64,000 nucleotides of DNA from a virus. The position numbers and the translations under genes were made by a program. Within the stretch, counting starts at the first letter, position 1. Each line of letters begins with the position of its first letter. This document shows positions 9,865 to 20,446 of the stretch, in pieces. The DNA lies in IMG/VR virus record IMGVR_UViG_3300028883_000044, positions 16,793-80,792 of that record. One strand, written 5' to 3'. Below the pieces are notes generated by a model. That model made no database searches. It was given only the letters and a program-made list of their open reading frames with translations, and had not been told where the DNA came from.

Positions 9865-10929
9865 TTATTTATTTTTTTCTTCCCTAAGTAATCTTCCGAT
9901 TTCTTTAGGGCTTAAAGTATCTTTAGTATTCTTAACAAAGTTTGGAACATTCAGAGAAGCACTGGATTCATTCTTCTTCGCAAACCCAACTAACTCTTGG
10001 ATGAAAAAGTCAATGGAAGTATCTTCCATAGCCATAAACATATCACGTTTCTCGTCAAAATATTTATCATCCATTTCCAAACCAGCTTCTGAGAACTTAT
10101 CTTTAATTGATTTAAATTTAAGTGCGTCTGCTTCCCTTGCTTCTGCTTCTGTTTTAAAGGTTTCTAATTCTACAGTTTTTTCTTGTAGTTCTTCAAACTC
10201 TTTATTCTTAGCAGTAAGCTCGGCTGTAATTCTTTCAATTTCAGAATCCTTCTCGCCAACTACTTTTTCAAAATCGGCAATAGAAGCTTTGGATTTATTT
10301 ATATCTTCTTTCAGTGATTCGTACTCCCTTTCTGAAATTTCAACTGTATCCATTTTTTTATTAACCTCCGATTTATTTTTCTGAGCAAGTGCTAATACTG
10401 GAGTTCTCCCCTCGTAAGCGGGGACTCCCACAAGTGTTGCCGCATTCATTGAAACACCTCTAAGAATTTGTATTCCACTTTCTGACTCAGATTCTGTATA
10501 ATTTAATTCCCATGAAATATTTAAATTATCTTTATTATTATAAAGATGTTTAAGTAAGTTAACATCTTCGGGTCTTTCACTAGCCCAAAGAGCAGCTAAT
10601 CCGATAATCTTATTACCTTCTATAGATAAATTAGTTATAACGCCTATAGGAAAAGCTTCGGCGTGCCCTTCGCTTATCTTACCTGCGGCTACTTTCAGGG
10701 GCATATTTATCCCTGAACGAATAACATTATTGAATTCTTCTTTAGGAATCTGCTGTTTATTACCATTAGGCACATCATCTAACAATACAAACTTCATCCA
10801 ACTAACATTAGGATTAACAGTGATACCAGCTTGCGTATAGTTTTCTCCATTCTCCTTAATTAATTCTAACTGTTCTGACAGAATAATGTTAGTTTTTATA
10901 GTATCATTCACCTTTTTCGTCTTTTTCAT
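9865..10929 (-). CDS. Prohead protease fused to coiled-coil scaffold
   Basis: PNGNKQQI, GH, ISWEL, LVGVPAY protease-like motifs; acidic coiled-coil C-terminal half. Confidence 0.7.
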   Translation of the reverse strand: MKKTKKVNDTIKTNIILSEQLELIKENGENYTQAGITVNPNVSWMKFVLLDDVPNGNKQQIPKEEFNNVIRSGINMPLKVAAGKISEGHAEAFPIGVITNLSIEGNKIIGLAALWASERPEDVNLLKHLYNNKDNLNISWELNYTESESESGIQILRGVSMNAATLVGVPAYEGRTPVLALAQKNKSEVNKKMDTVEISEREYESLKEDINKSKASIADFEKVVGEKDSEIERITAELTAKNKEFEELQEKTVELETFKTEAEAREADALKFKSIKDKFSEAGLEMDDKYFDEKRDMFMAMEDTSIDFFIQELVGFAKKNESSASLNVPNFVKNTKDTLSPKEIGRLLREEKNK

Positions 10930-12418
10930 CTACTTTCTCTCCTTCATTATTATCTGGAACATTGGAATGTGGGACTGGACTAAAAGCTTCCAATCCATTT
11001 ACTTCTATAAAGTTTTGCTCTTCTAATCGTTTATCCGCTTCCTTTGTCCAGTTATATCCAAGAACTTCTACTAAGGAATCTCTAGAGATATTGCCCTGCT
11101 CATATAGTTTTGTAAGCATTTCAAAGAAGTTTGAAAAGTCAGTTAGATTTATAGGTTTAAATCTAAACAAGGGTGCTTTAGAAAATTTATTCATATCTAC
11201 TATATTATCTATAATATCCTGAATAAAGTACTCTAACTTTTCTCTAATATTATCCATTGTTTTTATTGGAGATAACATTGCATATGAAGCATCAGAAGTG
11301 CCTGTCTTTTCTACCTCACCTGTCACAAGTATTCTAGGAAAACCAAATGCGTATAATATATCTTTATTTATACTATCATATTTACTATCACTAAGTAAAG
11401 CTTCAACATTTGGATATACCCATTCTATATTAAGTGTATGATTACCAAAAAGTTGAAAAACTCTTTCAACATTTTTATTAGAAGAATCTCTCCATAACAT
11501 TTGAGTTCGTAAATCCTCTAGTTGCTTTTCATTTTCTTCGACTAATGGAAAATCTTTATCACCTAATTTTACCAATTGAATAGCACTAATAACTCTTGAA
11601 GCTATGGAATAATCCATCTTTCTAAGATTTCTTTTATGTTTTAAAGATTCTAACGCTGGATATAAATAAGGTATTGGATATGTTTCACTAGACATTCTAC
11701 GTCTTTCTATAACAAGTGGGTTATCTAGTAATATTTTGGTTTCCCCATTATTCACCTTTTTAACAAACTCTGGATACATTATTAATAATTGTTCATATAA
11801 ATCTTTATCAACTTCCCCTGTAGAATACTTACCTTCATTTTTAATAAAGAAAATTATTTCATCTGGTACTTCAACAAAATAACTACTCTTTGAAGATACG
11901 AAACTTCTTTTAATAGTTATTGTTGCAGAATCTCTTACCCACATATCTGTAGGTAAAGTTAAAGCAGATTTCTTTTTTATACCATAATCCCTTAACTGTT
12001 TTCCTTTAACTGCTGTGTAATGTATCTCCGGAATAACTAAACCAGTTAGTAAGTATTCTAACGCACATTCTTCTATAAATTGTTGAATATCTCTTTTGAT
12101 AGCTTCGAATGCTCTGAATTCATTTTCCTTCATTCCATTAGAAAAGAATTCCAAATCTGTTATACCAATCTCTATTAACTTATTAACAACAGTTGAAGCT
12201 AAAGGGTCTCGTTGATAAAAGAATCTGCATAACTCTAATACTTTTTTATATTTATTTAAATCTTCTACATGGAATTTATCTACATCAGTAGAATCCCAAT
12301 AGAAACCGCCCCCAGTAAAATCAGTACTAATATCCATAAAGGCGGCTTTAGCCGTTCCTAACTTTATAACACTATCTTTTTCTTTATCTATATTTTTTTC
12401 TTTTTCCATTATAACCAC
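10904..12418 (-). CDS. Portal protein
   Basis: ~500 aa directly downstream of terminase; YPIPYLYPALESL and ILYAFGFPRILV patterns. Confidence 0.8.
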   Translation of the reverse strand: MVIMEKEKNIDKEKDSVIKLGTAKAAFMDISTDFTGGGFYWDSTDVDKFHVEDLNKYKKVLELCRFFYQRDPLASTVVNKLIEIGITDLEFFSNGMKENEFRAFEAIKRDIQQFIEECALEYLLTGLVIPEIHYTAVKGKQLRDYGIKKKSALTLPTDMWVRDSATITIKRSFVSSKSSYFVEVPDEIIFFIKNEGKYSTGEVDKDLYEQLLIMYPEFVKKVNNGETKILLDNPLVIERRRMSSETYPIPYLYPALESLKHKRNLRKMDYSIASRVISAIQLVKLGDKDFPLVEENEKQLEDLRTQMLWRDSSNKNVERVFQLFGNHTLNIEWVYPNVEALLSDSKYDSINKDILYAFGFPRILVTGEVEKTGTSDASYAMLSPIKTMDNIREKLEYFIQDIIDNIVDMNKFSKAPLFRFKPINLTDFSNFFEMLTKLYEQGNISRDSLVEVLGYNWTKEADKRLEEQNFIEVNGLEAFSPVPHSNVPDNNEGEKVDEKDEKGE

Positions 12419-13950
12419 CTTGGGGCTAAAAGTTTTCTAGACTTTCTTAATAATACTAATTCATTTGCTTGATGGTAAGCAAGTATTCCACAAAGCATTG
12501 CGGCTGTAAAATGATCTTCTCCCTTTTTGCCTCCTTTTGTAGTAAGTGTTTTATATACAACCATTCCTGTTGGACCTTTTGTATAAGTCATTCTTTCAAG
12601 TTCTGAAATTAATTCTAAATCCGTTGAAGAATAGACTATCCTATGATTATTGGAATACTCCTGTAAGAGAGAAACAGAGTAGGGTTTTACTTTTTCAGAT
12701 ACTTCGTTACCTTCCGTATCTAATCCTACAGCTATTGAAGCACTGAAATTCACAGGAACTACACGCTTATCATAATTTTTATTTATGTATTCATTATCCG
12801 ATTGCATATGATGTACTGTAGCTTTTCCTGAACTACCCTCATCAATACCTATTAACATTGGTCTGAATTTACTATCTAAATAATCTATGATTTTTTCTTG
12901 AATAGGATAAGATACTTTTGATAGTTTTATTCTGCAATGGATTCTGAACTCTCCACTAGTTGTTTGATTGAAAACAACTATAGCGGTAGGTTCTGTATAA
13001 CCTAAGTCTATACCTATAAGCGAACCAATACTATCTGAAGGAAGTGATGGAATTAAAGATAACTTACTTGTATACTGAGATAAATCACCTTTTAAAGATA
13101 CTCCATCTAAATTTGTTTTGTATACTGGATATGTTTGAATTGAAAACAGACGCCTATCAAAAACAGAAAATGTAGGGTTACCATGCCTACCTAAAACTAA
13201 ATGGATATAATCTTCTCCGTCTTTACCACCATATTGTTTTATATTTCTAACCTCGTCATCCTCAGAATATCTTGGGTTTTCATGTGCACTGATTCTATGT
13301 TTAGTAAACTTATCATCTACTTCATCTGCAAAATACAATACATTATTTTCCCTCAATCCTGTAGGAACACCTGATACCATAAGTTTAAAACCTTCTACCC
13401 ATGTATTCAAAGTAGGTAACAATTCTATCCAAGTACCCCAAGGATAAAATCCGGCTTCATCTAGCATTATCATAGGAGTGTGCATACCAACAACATTTGC
13501 ACCTGTACCACTTTGACCAGCTATACGACAATCCAGCATAGTTCCATTTAATAATCTAATAGTAAAACTTGAAGAATTAATTCCTTTCTTTGGATTAATA
13601 AAGTTCTTTAAAAAAGAATTTCCTCTTAGTTTCTGGGTAAGTAAATTAAATACTGGCTCTAAGTGTACTCTATTAGGTACTGTATATGCAATATACTCTG
13701 TTCCATATACTCTATTTATTAGTACCCATAGAATAATTTCTGAAATACTTTGCGTTTTACCGACAGCACGTCCACAACATAGTGCTACATAAGAATTAAA
13801 ATCACATATAAATTCTCTCTGATATAGAGTTAATTCCCAGTCCTGTCTCTCATTATCTATATTATTTTCAAACTCTGCAAACATCAGAGGATGTTGTATA
13901 ACTTCTAGTATAGCCATTTCCTCGTAGGAAAGTTTTTCTACAATAGCCAT
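12409..13950 (-). CDS. terL: Terminase large subunit
   Basis: Walker A GRAVGKT, Walker B IMLDEA, SGVP, nuclease IGIDLG and C-terminal DH. Confidence 0.9.
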   Translation of the reverse strand: MAIVEKLSYEEMAILEVIQHPLMFAEFENNIDNERQDWELTLYQREFICDFNSYVALCCGRAVGKTQSISEIILWVLINRVYGTEYIAYTVPNRVHLEPVFNLLTQKLRGNSFLKNFINPKKGINSSSFTIRLLNGTMLDCRIAGQSGTGANVVGMHTPMIMLDEAGFYPWGTWIELLPTLNTWVEGFKLMVSGVPTGLRENNVLYFADEVDDKFTKHRISAHENPRYSEDDEVRNIKQYGGKDGEDYIHLVLGRHGNPTFSVFDRRLFSIQTYPVYKTNLDGVSLKGDLSQYTSKLSLIPSLPSDSIGSLIGIDLGYTEPTAIVVFNQTTSGEFRIHCRIKLSKVSYPIQEKIIDYLDSKFRPMLIGIDEGSSGKATVHHMQSDNEYINKNYDKRVVPVNFSASIAVGLDTEGNEVSEKVKPYSVSLLQEYSNNHRIVYSSTDLELISELERMTYTKGPTGMVVYKTLTTKGGKKGEDHFTAAMLCGILAYHQANELVLLRKSRKLLAPRWL

Positions 13951-13951
13951 G

Positions 13952-14605
13952 TTAGAACTCCGGAACCGCTTCTATATTTTTCATCCCATTCTCTACTAAT
14001 TCGGGATAAGTTAAAATGACCTTTTCATCACACCTATCACAATAAAACCAAAACTTATTCTTAGAAGATTCTGGATATAGTACCCAAACACTTCCAATAA
14101 ACATTTTGCATTTAGGGCAGAAAACTCTAGCGTATCTAGATTCATAAAATTGTTTAGCTCTATCTTTTAAATTATCTATGTAAGCAAGTACTGATTCTTC
14201 TCTGTCACCTTTTCGTATACGTCTAGTTATTTTTAAATCTTCCTGCATTTTAGAAATATCAGCTCTAAGATTATTCATTATACTTGAAACTTTTCTAATC
14301 TGTTCAATTTCATTAGATTCGCTGTTACCCATCATATCTCTTTGTAGCCGATAAGTATACTGTTCATAATCTTCTAAGGCAATCATTGAACGAATCAATG
14401 AATCTAAAGTACCCATATCATTTACTTTCAAATCATCTATATCATAATCTTCACTAAAACTTTTTAATCTTTCTTGTACCCTTGTTTCAAACTCTTTACT
14501 TTTTAAACTTTTATCTTCAATCTTTCTATAAATAATATCAAACTCTTCGTCAGATAGCTCTTGATACTGTCTTAAATTCCTTACACTCTCCTTACTCTTA
14601 GCCAT
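13952..14605 (-). CDS. Putative terminase small subunit (C-terminal CxxC/CxxC)
   Basis: Immediately upstream of terL; helical/coiled-coil. Confidence 0.5.
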   Translation of the reverse strand: MAKSKESVRNLRQYQELSDEEFDIIYRKIEDKSLKSKEFETRVQERLKSFSEDYDIDDLKVNDMGTLDSLIRSMIALEDYEQYTYRLQRDMMGNSESNEIEQIRKVSSIMNNLRADISKMQEDLKITRRIRKGDREESVLAYIDNLKDRAKQFYESRYARVFCPKCKMFIGSVWVLYPESSKNKFWFYCDRCDEKVILTYPELVENGMKNIEAVPEF

Positions 14606-15509
14606 GTCTGCACCTCCAGTAATTAATTATATGGGGTTCTAACCACCTTGTTTGAATATTTATTTCAGATGGTAAATCTAATCCAGAAGTTAATGGATAA
14701 ACATTCCCATTGTAAGGCAAAGAGTAAGTTTCTTTCCCAGGCAATCCTCCCCACTTACCTATATAATAATTCTTATTCATTTCAAAATACTGTGGATCAG
14801 AACCGCCAGAACCTTCATGTATAGTTCTACTCCAAAAATGGAAATAGTAAGCATTTTTTAATTTACAAGCATACTTACTAAGTCCTTTTAAATATCCCCT
14901 AAAAGCATAATCGTTATCTTCAAAATAGGCTGGATAGAAATTTGTATCTATATAACCTATTGTTTCAAATACCTTTTTAGAAACCAAACCCATATTATGA
15001 ACGTCTATTATATCAAACTTACCTACTAAGATTTCTTCTGAATAACCTTTAAATAATTCCCAAGGCTTTTTCTCTAAATTTTTTATTATATATTTATTAG
15101 TATTGATGTTTGATTTTATTTGCGGATAATATTCTAATAATTTTTTTATACTCAATTCACTTGCTGTTACCCAATGATAACCTAAATCAGCTTGTTTTAT
15201 TAATGAGTCTATACTATAAGGATAAGCTATAATATCATTTCCTATAATAATAAGATATTCATAATTATTATTTATAAAAGCATAATCATACAGATCATTC
15301 AAAGATGCAGGAAATCCTTTGTTCTCAGAATGTCTTATACTTCTGATATTATTCTTATCTACCCACTTTTTAGTTGGTGTGTCTGTAGGCTTGCCATCAA
15401 CTATTAAAAAATCAAATGCCGATTTTGTTGTATTTTTTATAGATTCATAAGCCAATTTACTATAAGTTAAATTACCATAAGTAACCATGCCTATTAATGT
15501 TTTCGCCAA
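14598..15509 (-). CDS. Glycosyltransferase family 2 (GT-A)
   Basis: NKGFPASLN, IIGNDI, IGYIDTNFYPAYFEDND motifs. Confidence 0.85.
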   Translation of the reverse strand: MAKTLIGMVTYGNLTYSKLAYESIKNTTKSAFDFLIVDGKPTDTPTKKWVDKNNIRSIRHSENKGFPASLNDLYDYAFINNNYEYLIIIGNDIIAYPYSIDSLIKQADLGYHWVTASELSIKKLLEYYPQIKSNINTNKYIIKNLEKKPWELFKGYSEEILVGKFDIIDVHNMGLVSKKVFETIGYIDTNFYPAYFEDNDYAFRGYLKGLSKYACKLKNAYYFHFWSRTIHEGSGGSDPQYFEMNKNYYIGKWGGLPGKETYSLPYNGNVYPLTSGLDLPSEINIQTRWLEPHIINYWRCRHG

Positions 15510-16423
15510 ATTTCAATTTCCTCCTCCATCCTGTTAACAATTCTATTTACATCTGTTACATTACTCCAAGTTTTCCTAGCATTTGTTTTAATATTGTATA
15601 GTAAATTAGAACCTTCCAAAGTTCTGCAAAAAGATAAGAAGAAAAAATCTTCCCTATTATAGTTATCTTTTACCTGAGTAAAAACGTAAGGTCCAGAACT
15701 TCTACCTATAACACCATTACAGTATGTACTTAAATAACTTATCTCATTTAAGTCTTTATTATTTGGTGCTTTTATTATATCTTCTGTATAAACAACATTA
15801 TCTAACAATAGTGTGCTAAACTTTTGAGTAAGTATAAATACAATATCTGGATATTTTTTAGCTATTGAATATATAGGTTTATCAAAATTAAAATTAACTG
15901 CTTGATCTGAACTAGCAAACCCGTTGCTTACCAAAATCTTTTTTCTAGGTTCATTATCTACAAACTTATCTATATTATCCAGTAACTTATTATCCAAAAG
16001 TAAATAGTTTATTGTTGGTGTATAGTGATAAATATCTTTATCAAACCATCTACCATATCCAATATTTTCAAAAATATCATTAAACATATCTTTAAATTTA
16101 AAGAGAGCACATCCTATCCCTGGCAAAACATATTTTGATTCTAAACCTATCCATGTATTTATATATAGATTATTATTAATAATATCAAAATGTTTTCCAA
16201 AAGGACATGTCTTACTAACCTTCTCATAATATAAATTAGGGACATCTTGCAAAAGTAATTTTCCGTGCGGATGTTGATATATAACTTTATCAACATTCAC
16301 AACACGCATAGTATCTGAAACAAACTGTTTAGAGTTGAAGATGTCCCCATTACCATAAATATTAAAAAATATTAGATTTTTAAATTTTAACATTTTTAGA
16401 AAATTCTTCCACAACTTCGGCAA
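15494..16423 (-). CDS. Putative GT9-like (GT-B) glycosyltransferase
   Basis: N-terminal GNGDI and C-terminal VIGRSSGP resemble GT9 G.GD / IGxDSGP motifs. Confidence 0.5.
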   Translation of the reverse strand: MPKLWKNFLKMLKFKNLIFFNIYGNGDIFNSKQFVSDTMRVVNVDKVIYQHPHGKLLLQDVPNLYYEKVSKTCPFGKHFDIINNNLYINTWIGLESKYVLPGIGCALFKFKDMFNDIFENIGYGRWFDKDIYHYTPTINYLLLDNKLLDNIDKFVDNEPRKKILVSNGFASSDQAVNFNFDKPIYSIAKKYPDIVFILTQKFSTLLLDNVVYTEDIIKAPNNKDLNEISYLSTYCNGVIGRSSGPYVFTQVKDNYNREDFFFLSFCRTLEGSNLLYNIKTNARKTWSNVTDVNRIVNRMEEEIEIWRKH

Positions 16424-17483
16424 TATATTCTTGCTGACTATATGTTAATTCTGGATAGCTTGGAAGAATTATTACCTCCTTGTTTAGTAGTTTAGCAGAA
16501 TCTTCTTTGCCTTTAAACTTTTCTTGCAAATGTTTATGATAAGATACAGGGTAAAATAAAGGTCGAGTTTCTATATTCCTATCTTTAAAAAATCTATACG
16601 CATCATCATAATTAGAGTTTCCTCTAATTCTAATTCCAAACATCCAGTTAGAATGTTTAGTATTTACAACTTCTATTTGAAATCTAACTTTAGGATTCTT
16701 TCTTAATAATTTTCTATACCGACTAAATACTATATCCTTCTTATGAGCTATCTCTGGATAATCTTCTATTTGAGCATATAACATAGAAGCACTAACATTA
16801 TTCAATCTATAATTATATCCGAGTTCATCATGTATAAATTTTTTTTCTGTTTGACCTTGACCAAATATCTTTCGAGCATAGTCATAAATTTCTTTATACT
16901 TAGTTACAAAAGCACCGCCTTCTCCACAAGTTATATTTTTATTTCCAAAAAAAGAAAATGTGGAAAATACAGACTCTGTCCCAGCATGGTTAGAATTATA
17001 ATAACCACCAAAAGCTTCGCAAGCATCTTCGAAAATAATTTTATCTGGAAACATTTCTTTTAGCCTATAAACATTTATAACATTACCTAAATTATGTGTT
17101 ACATAGATAGCGTCAAATTCTTTTTGTTTTTCTAATAAATGTCTAGTGCTCATATTCCAAGAACTTAGGCTTGCATCTATAGGAACAAACTCGTAATCAA
17201 AATTATCATACAATAATGAATTCCATACAGACACATAAACATTATTAGGAACAGCTATACGCTTTACTTGCGGATAAAATTTATGTAAACACTTAATCAT
17301 TAAATGATTAGCTACTGTACCATTACTTGTAAGTAAAACATAATCACTATCTATAAATCGTTTTAGTTTATCCGTAGCAAAATCTACATACATACCATTA
17401 GAAGAAATCCAACCACTCCTAATTGCACTTTCACCAAACTTAATTAGCCTTTCCGTTATATAGGGTTTATATACGGGTATCAT
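16380..17483 (-). CDS. DegT/DnrJ/EryC1/StrS PLP-dependent NDP-sugar aminotransferase (perosamine synthase-like)
   Basis: GWISSNG, SNGTVA, EDACEAFG, FSFFGNKNITCGEGG, GYNYRL. Confidence 0.92.
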   Translation of the reverse strand: MIPVYKPYITERLIKFGESAIRSGWISSNGMYVDFATDKLKRFIDSDYVLLTSNGTVANHLMIKCLHKFYPQVKRIAVPNNVYVSVWNSLLYDNFDYEFVPIDASLSSWNMSTRHLLEKQKEFDAIYVTHNLGNVINVYRLKEMFPDKIIFEDACEAFGGYYNSNHAGTESVFSTFSFFGNKNITCGEGGAFVTKYKEIYDYARKIFGQGQTEKKFIHDELGYNYRLNNVSASMLYAQIEDYPEIAHKKDIVFSRYRKLLRKNPKVRFQIEVVNTKHSNWMFGIRIRGNSNYDDAYRFFKDRNIETRPLFYPVSYHKHLQEKFKGKEDSAKLLNKEVIILPSYPELTYSQQEYIAEVVEEFSKNVKI

Positions 17484-18025
17484 AATGTAGCTACTACTAT
17501 ATCATCTTTGGCTAAATTACTATTTTCGTAAATAATAGAATATTCAGGATTGATAACTTTTAACATTCTTATAATTCTATGTTCTGTTACATTTTTCCAT
17601 TCATTTATACTACCCATTAAACTTCTATTATTGACTAAAATAGTATGTATATTTAATTTATGACTACGAATAATATCTAACTCATTTACTAAAGGCATTG
17701 TAGCAATTCCCTTCTTTTTATTTAAGGCTGGGAAAGTATAACTATCTAACCAAAATGTAACTGGTACATCAATATTATCTATAAGTTTTTCTAATACCTC
17801 TAAAGAATCTCCGTAGTAAAGTTTTACTTTTGTATTATTAGAGAATTTCTTTTTGGCTTTTGTATAATAAGGTTTATAAACTTCTATTGAATATATTTTT
17901 GAAAAACTTTTACAACCCAAAGCAGTTGCTACACCACCACCTAAGTAAGTTCCCGTTTCTACAAAAATACTATTCGGATATTTATTCAAAACACTAACAG
18001 GTAAACTCATTGAATTATTCTCCAT
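17480..18025 (-). CDS. SAM-dependent methyltransferase-like protein
   Basis: FVETGTYLGGG, YSIE, GDS, FWLD. Confidence 0.65.
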   Translation of the reverse strand: MENNSMSLPVSVLNKYPNSIFVETGTYLGGGVATALGCKSFSKIYSIEVYKPYYTKAKKKFSNNTKVKLYYGDSLEVLEKLIDNIDVPVTFWLDSYTFPALNKKKGIATMPLVNELDIIRSHKLNIHTILVNNRSLMGSINEWKNVTEHRIIRMLKVINPEYSIIYENSNLAKDDIVVATL

Positions 18026-18026
18026 T

Positions 18027-18617
18027 CTAATTATCCTTCCTTGTGGCTGTCATATTATAGTGTAAGGGTTGTGGTTTTACAGTTGAGCAGTCATAATAAA
18101 TTGTATCAAATTTAATATTGTAAAAATCTTTTTCAAACATGGCTCTCAATCCCATTTCAGAGAATCGCCAAAAATCAGGAAAGGGTTGATGTAGCCTAAA
18201 ATAAAATGGAGTGGATAAATATAACCTACCTTCCGGTTTTATTAAGTAAGCTAAAATCTCAGGCACTTCAAACGCACGTTTAACATGCTCTATCACATCT
18301 AAAATTAAAACAGTATCAAATTCTTCTAAGTTAAAGGCTTTATAAGCTTCCTCTATTCCTATATTATAATCTACGTCTGCTTTTTCATAAGGGTCTATAG
18401 AAGTATATACGCACCCTTTTTGTTCTATTGTTTCTTGTGTATTTACATAAAAACATTTTATAGGAACAAACTCATAAACCATTGGACCTACTTCTAAAAC
18501 ATTTCCTGTTACTTCTTCGAAAATAGTTTTCGTAATAAAGTCATAAATGTGTTTTCGTATATCAACGGTAGGTACATCTATTGGTTTCTCTCCTAATTTA
18601 TTTTCGGCTATTTCCAT
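18027..18617 (-). CDS. Class I SAM-dependent methyltransferase
   Basis: VLEVGP, DVIEHV, IKPEGRLYLSTPF...DFWRFS. Confidence 0.8.
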   Translation of the reverse strand: MEIAENKLGEKPIDVPTVDIRKHIYDFITKTIFEEVTGNVLEVGPMVYEFVPIKCFYVNTQETIEQKGCVYTSIDPYEKADVDYNIGIEEAYKAFNLEEFDTVLILDVIEHVKRAFEVPEILAYLIKPEGRLYLSTPFYFRLHQPFPDFWRFSEMGLRAMFEKDFYNIKFDTIYYDCSTVKPQPLHYNMTATRKDN

Positions 18618-18626
18618 CCTCTCCTC

Positions 18627-18929
18627 CTAATATGACTTATGTTTTTGTTGTACAATTTTATTAACTTCTACAACCCTTTCGGCGGCTTGCTTTAGAAACT
18701 CTAACATTTTGAAATCTATCTCATCTATTAAATCATTTCTTTGCAAGTTTAAATCAATTCCTTTTTTAAATTGTTTGTATAATTCTTCCATACCTTCATC
18801 ATTATAATATCTATTTTTAAATTCTTCAAATGACATATGTCTTATTTTATAAAACATTTCTTGAGCGTTCCACATTTTTAAATTTACTATAGATAATTTA
18901 TCAACAAGGCTTCCAAGTGTATCACTCAT
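18627..18929 (-). CDS. DUF4254-like protein
   Basis: TLGSLVDKLSIVNLKMW...LNLQRNDLIDEID. Confidence 0.55.
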   Translation of the reverse strand: MSDTLGSLVDKLSIVNLKMWNAQEMFYKIRHMSFEEFKNRYYNDEGMEELYKQFKKGIDLNLQRNDLIDEIDFKMLEFLKQAAERVVEVNKIVQQKHKSY

Positions 18930-19240
18930 GCTTTTCTCCTAACTAATTCATCTAATTTTTCTAAATCCTCATAAGGATTACAGCTTCTATCATCTACCCA
19001 ATAATCATAATGTACTTTACCCATCATAAGTATATGGTAATTAACATTGTTATCCTTTAGCCATTTAGCTGTCATTTCATATTCTTGCCAACCTCTAGCT
19101 GTATATATTATAATTGTATCTCCCCTATTATAAAGTCGATTAATATAACTTATAATAGTATAAACAGGTAAAGCTAAACTTCTTTCAAATGTCGGTTTTT
19201 CAGTACATATTGTACCATCTAAATCGAATACAAACTTCAT
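18926..19240 (-). CDS. Small HAD phosphatase (capsule biosynthesis phosphatase-like)
   Basis: FDLDGT, YTARG, MGK..YDYWVDD. Confidence 0.85.
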   Translation of the reverse strand: MKFVFDLDGTICTEKPTFERSLALPVYTIISYINRLYNRGDTIIIYTARGWQEYEMTAKWLKDNNVNYHILMMGKVHYDYWVDDRSCNPYEDLEKLDELVRRKA

Positions 19241-20208
19241 GCTGTTAACCTAAAAACATGATCCCTACTAGAGCGAACTAATTTAAATCCTTCATGTGCT
19301 TCTAAATTTTTTACTGGTTTATTTTCTATATTCTTTTTAAAATTATTTTCTAAGTATGTTATAAAGTCTAAACCGCATTGAATACTAAATGTACTTCCAC
19401 CACCAAATCTAGAATTTATTTCTATAAGATAAGGCTTATTATCTTTAACAATAAATTGAAAATTGCAAGGACCGGTTACACCAAAAGTTTCTCCTACTAT
19501 TTTAGTAAGATAAATAAGTTGTGGATTATGTACTGATTTACTTATAATAACTTCACCATAACCAATTCTATCTCTAGTCCTTACAACACAGTCTATAAAC
19601 TTTTTAGAAATACAATCAAAGTAAGCATCTACAGAATATTCTTCTCCGTCTACATACTTTTGAAATACATAACCATTTTTTTTCACAGTTTCATATTCTG
19701 AATATGTAAGCTTTTTTATCCCTAAAGAGGAATGACCATTAATAGGTTTCTTTATAACTTTCTCACCACTCTCAACCGAAGGGTAAATATAATCAAAATT
19801 TTCTTTCATAGCTTGTTCAAAAACTAATTTGTCATAAGACATTTCAGCCACAGTAAAAGTTTTAATAGGAAATTTACTTAACATATATTCATCATTAAAA
19901 AACTCCAAACTGTATAACCAACTAGCACTATCCATCAAAGGCACAACTAAATCAATATTATTGTTATCTACTAGAAAGCGTATGGTTGAATTAAACTTTA
20001 TACTATTTTTAAATTCAAATTCAATTCCTTGATACATTACAATAGAATTTCTAGGTAGTTTCATTAGTGGGGAAAATCTAGGTTCTAATTCAGTAGCGTA
20101 GATTCTCCAACCATTAACAATAAAATGTAAAGCTAATTCATATCTCCTACCACCACCTAAAAATAAAACTGATTTATTTAAATCTATAAGGTCATCTTTT
20201 TTAAACAT
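19237..20208 (-). CDS. ATP-grasp ligase
   Basis: KKPINGHSSLGI, FQKYVDGEEYSVD, EINSRFGGG. Confidence 0.85.
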   Translation of the reverse strand: MFKKDDLIDLNKSVLFLGGGRRYELALHFIVNGWRIYATELEPRFSPLMKLPRNSIVMYQGIEFEFKNSIKFNSTIRFLVDNNNIDLVVPLMDSASWLYSLEFFNDEYMLSKFPIKTFTVAEMSYDKLVFEQAMKENFDYIYPSVESGEKVIKKPINGHSSLGIKKLTYSEYETVKKNGYVFQKYVDGEEYSVDAYFDCISKKFIDCVVRTRDRIGYGEVIISKSVHNPQLIYLTKIVGETFGVTGPCNFQFIVKDNKPYLIEINSRFGGGSTFSIQCGLDFITYLENNFKKNIENKPVKNLEAHEGFKLVRSSRDHVFRLTA

Positions 20209-20224
20209 TTCCTCTCCTTACCTA

Positions 20225-20446
20225 TTAATAGTAACATATTAAATAGAAGGGTATATAATACACTACAACAACAATTATATAAACAATTCCAAATATAGAT
20301 GTGTATATAAATTTATCAAAAGTTCCCAAATCATCTTTCAGCTTCATAATTTTCCACATCCAACGAAGAAAATTAATAGACATAGTAATAAAAAATAAAA
20401 ACATAATTATTGCTAACAGCAGTCTTATATAGAGCATGTACTCCAC
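20225..20446 (-). CDS. Small membrane protein
   Basis: Two hydrophobic segments. Confidence 0.55.
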   Translation of the reverse strand: MEYMLYIRLLLAIIMFLFFITMSINFLRWMWKIMKLKDDLGTFDKFIYTSIFGIVYIIVVVVYYIPFYLICYY

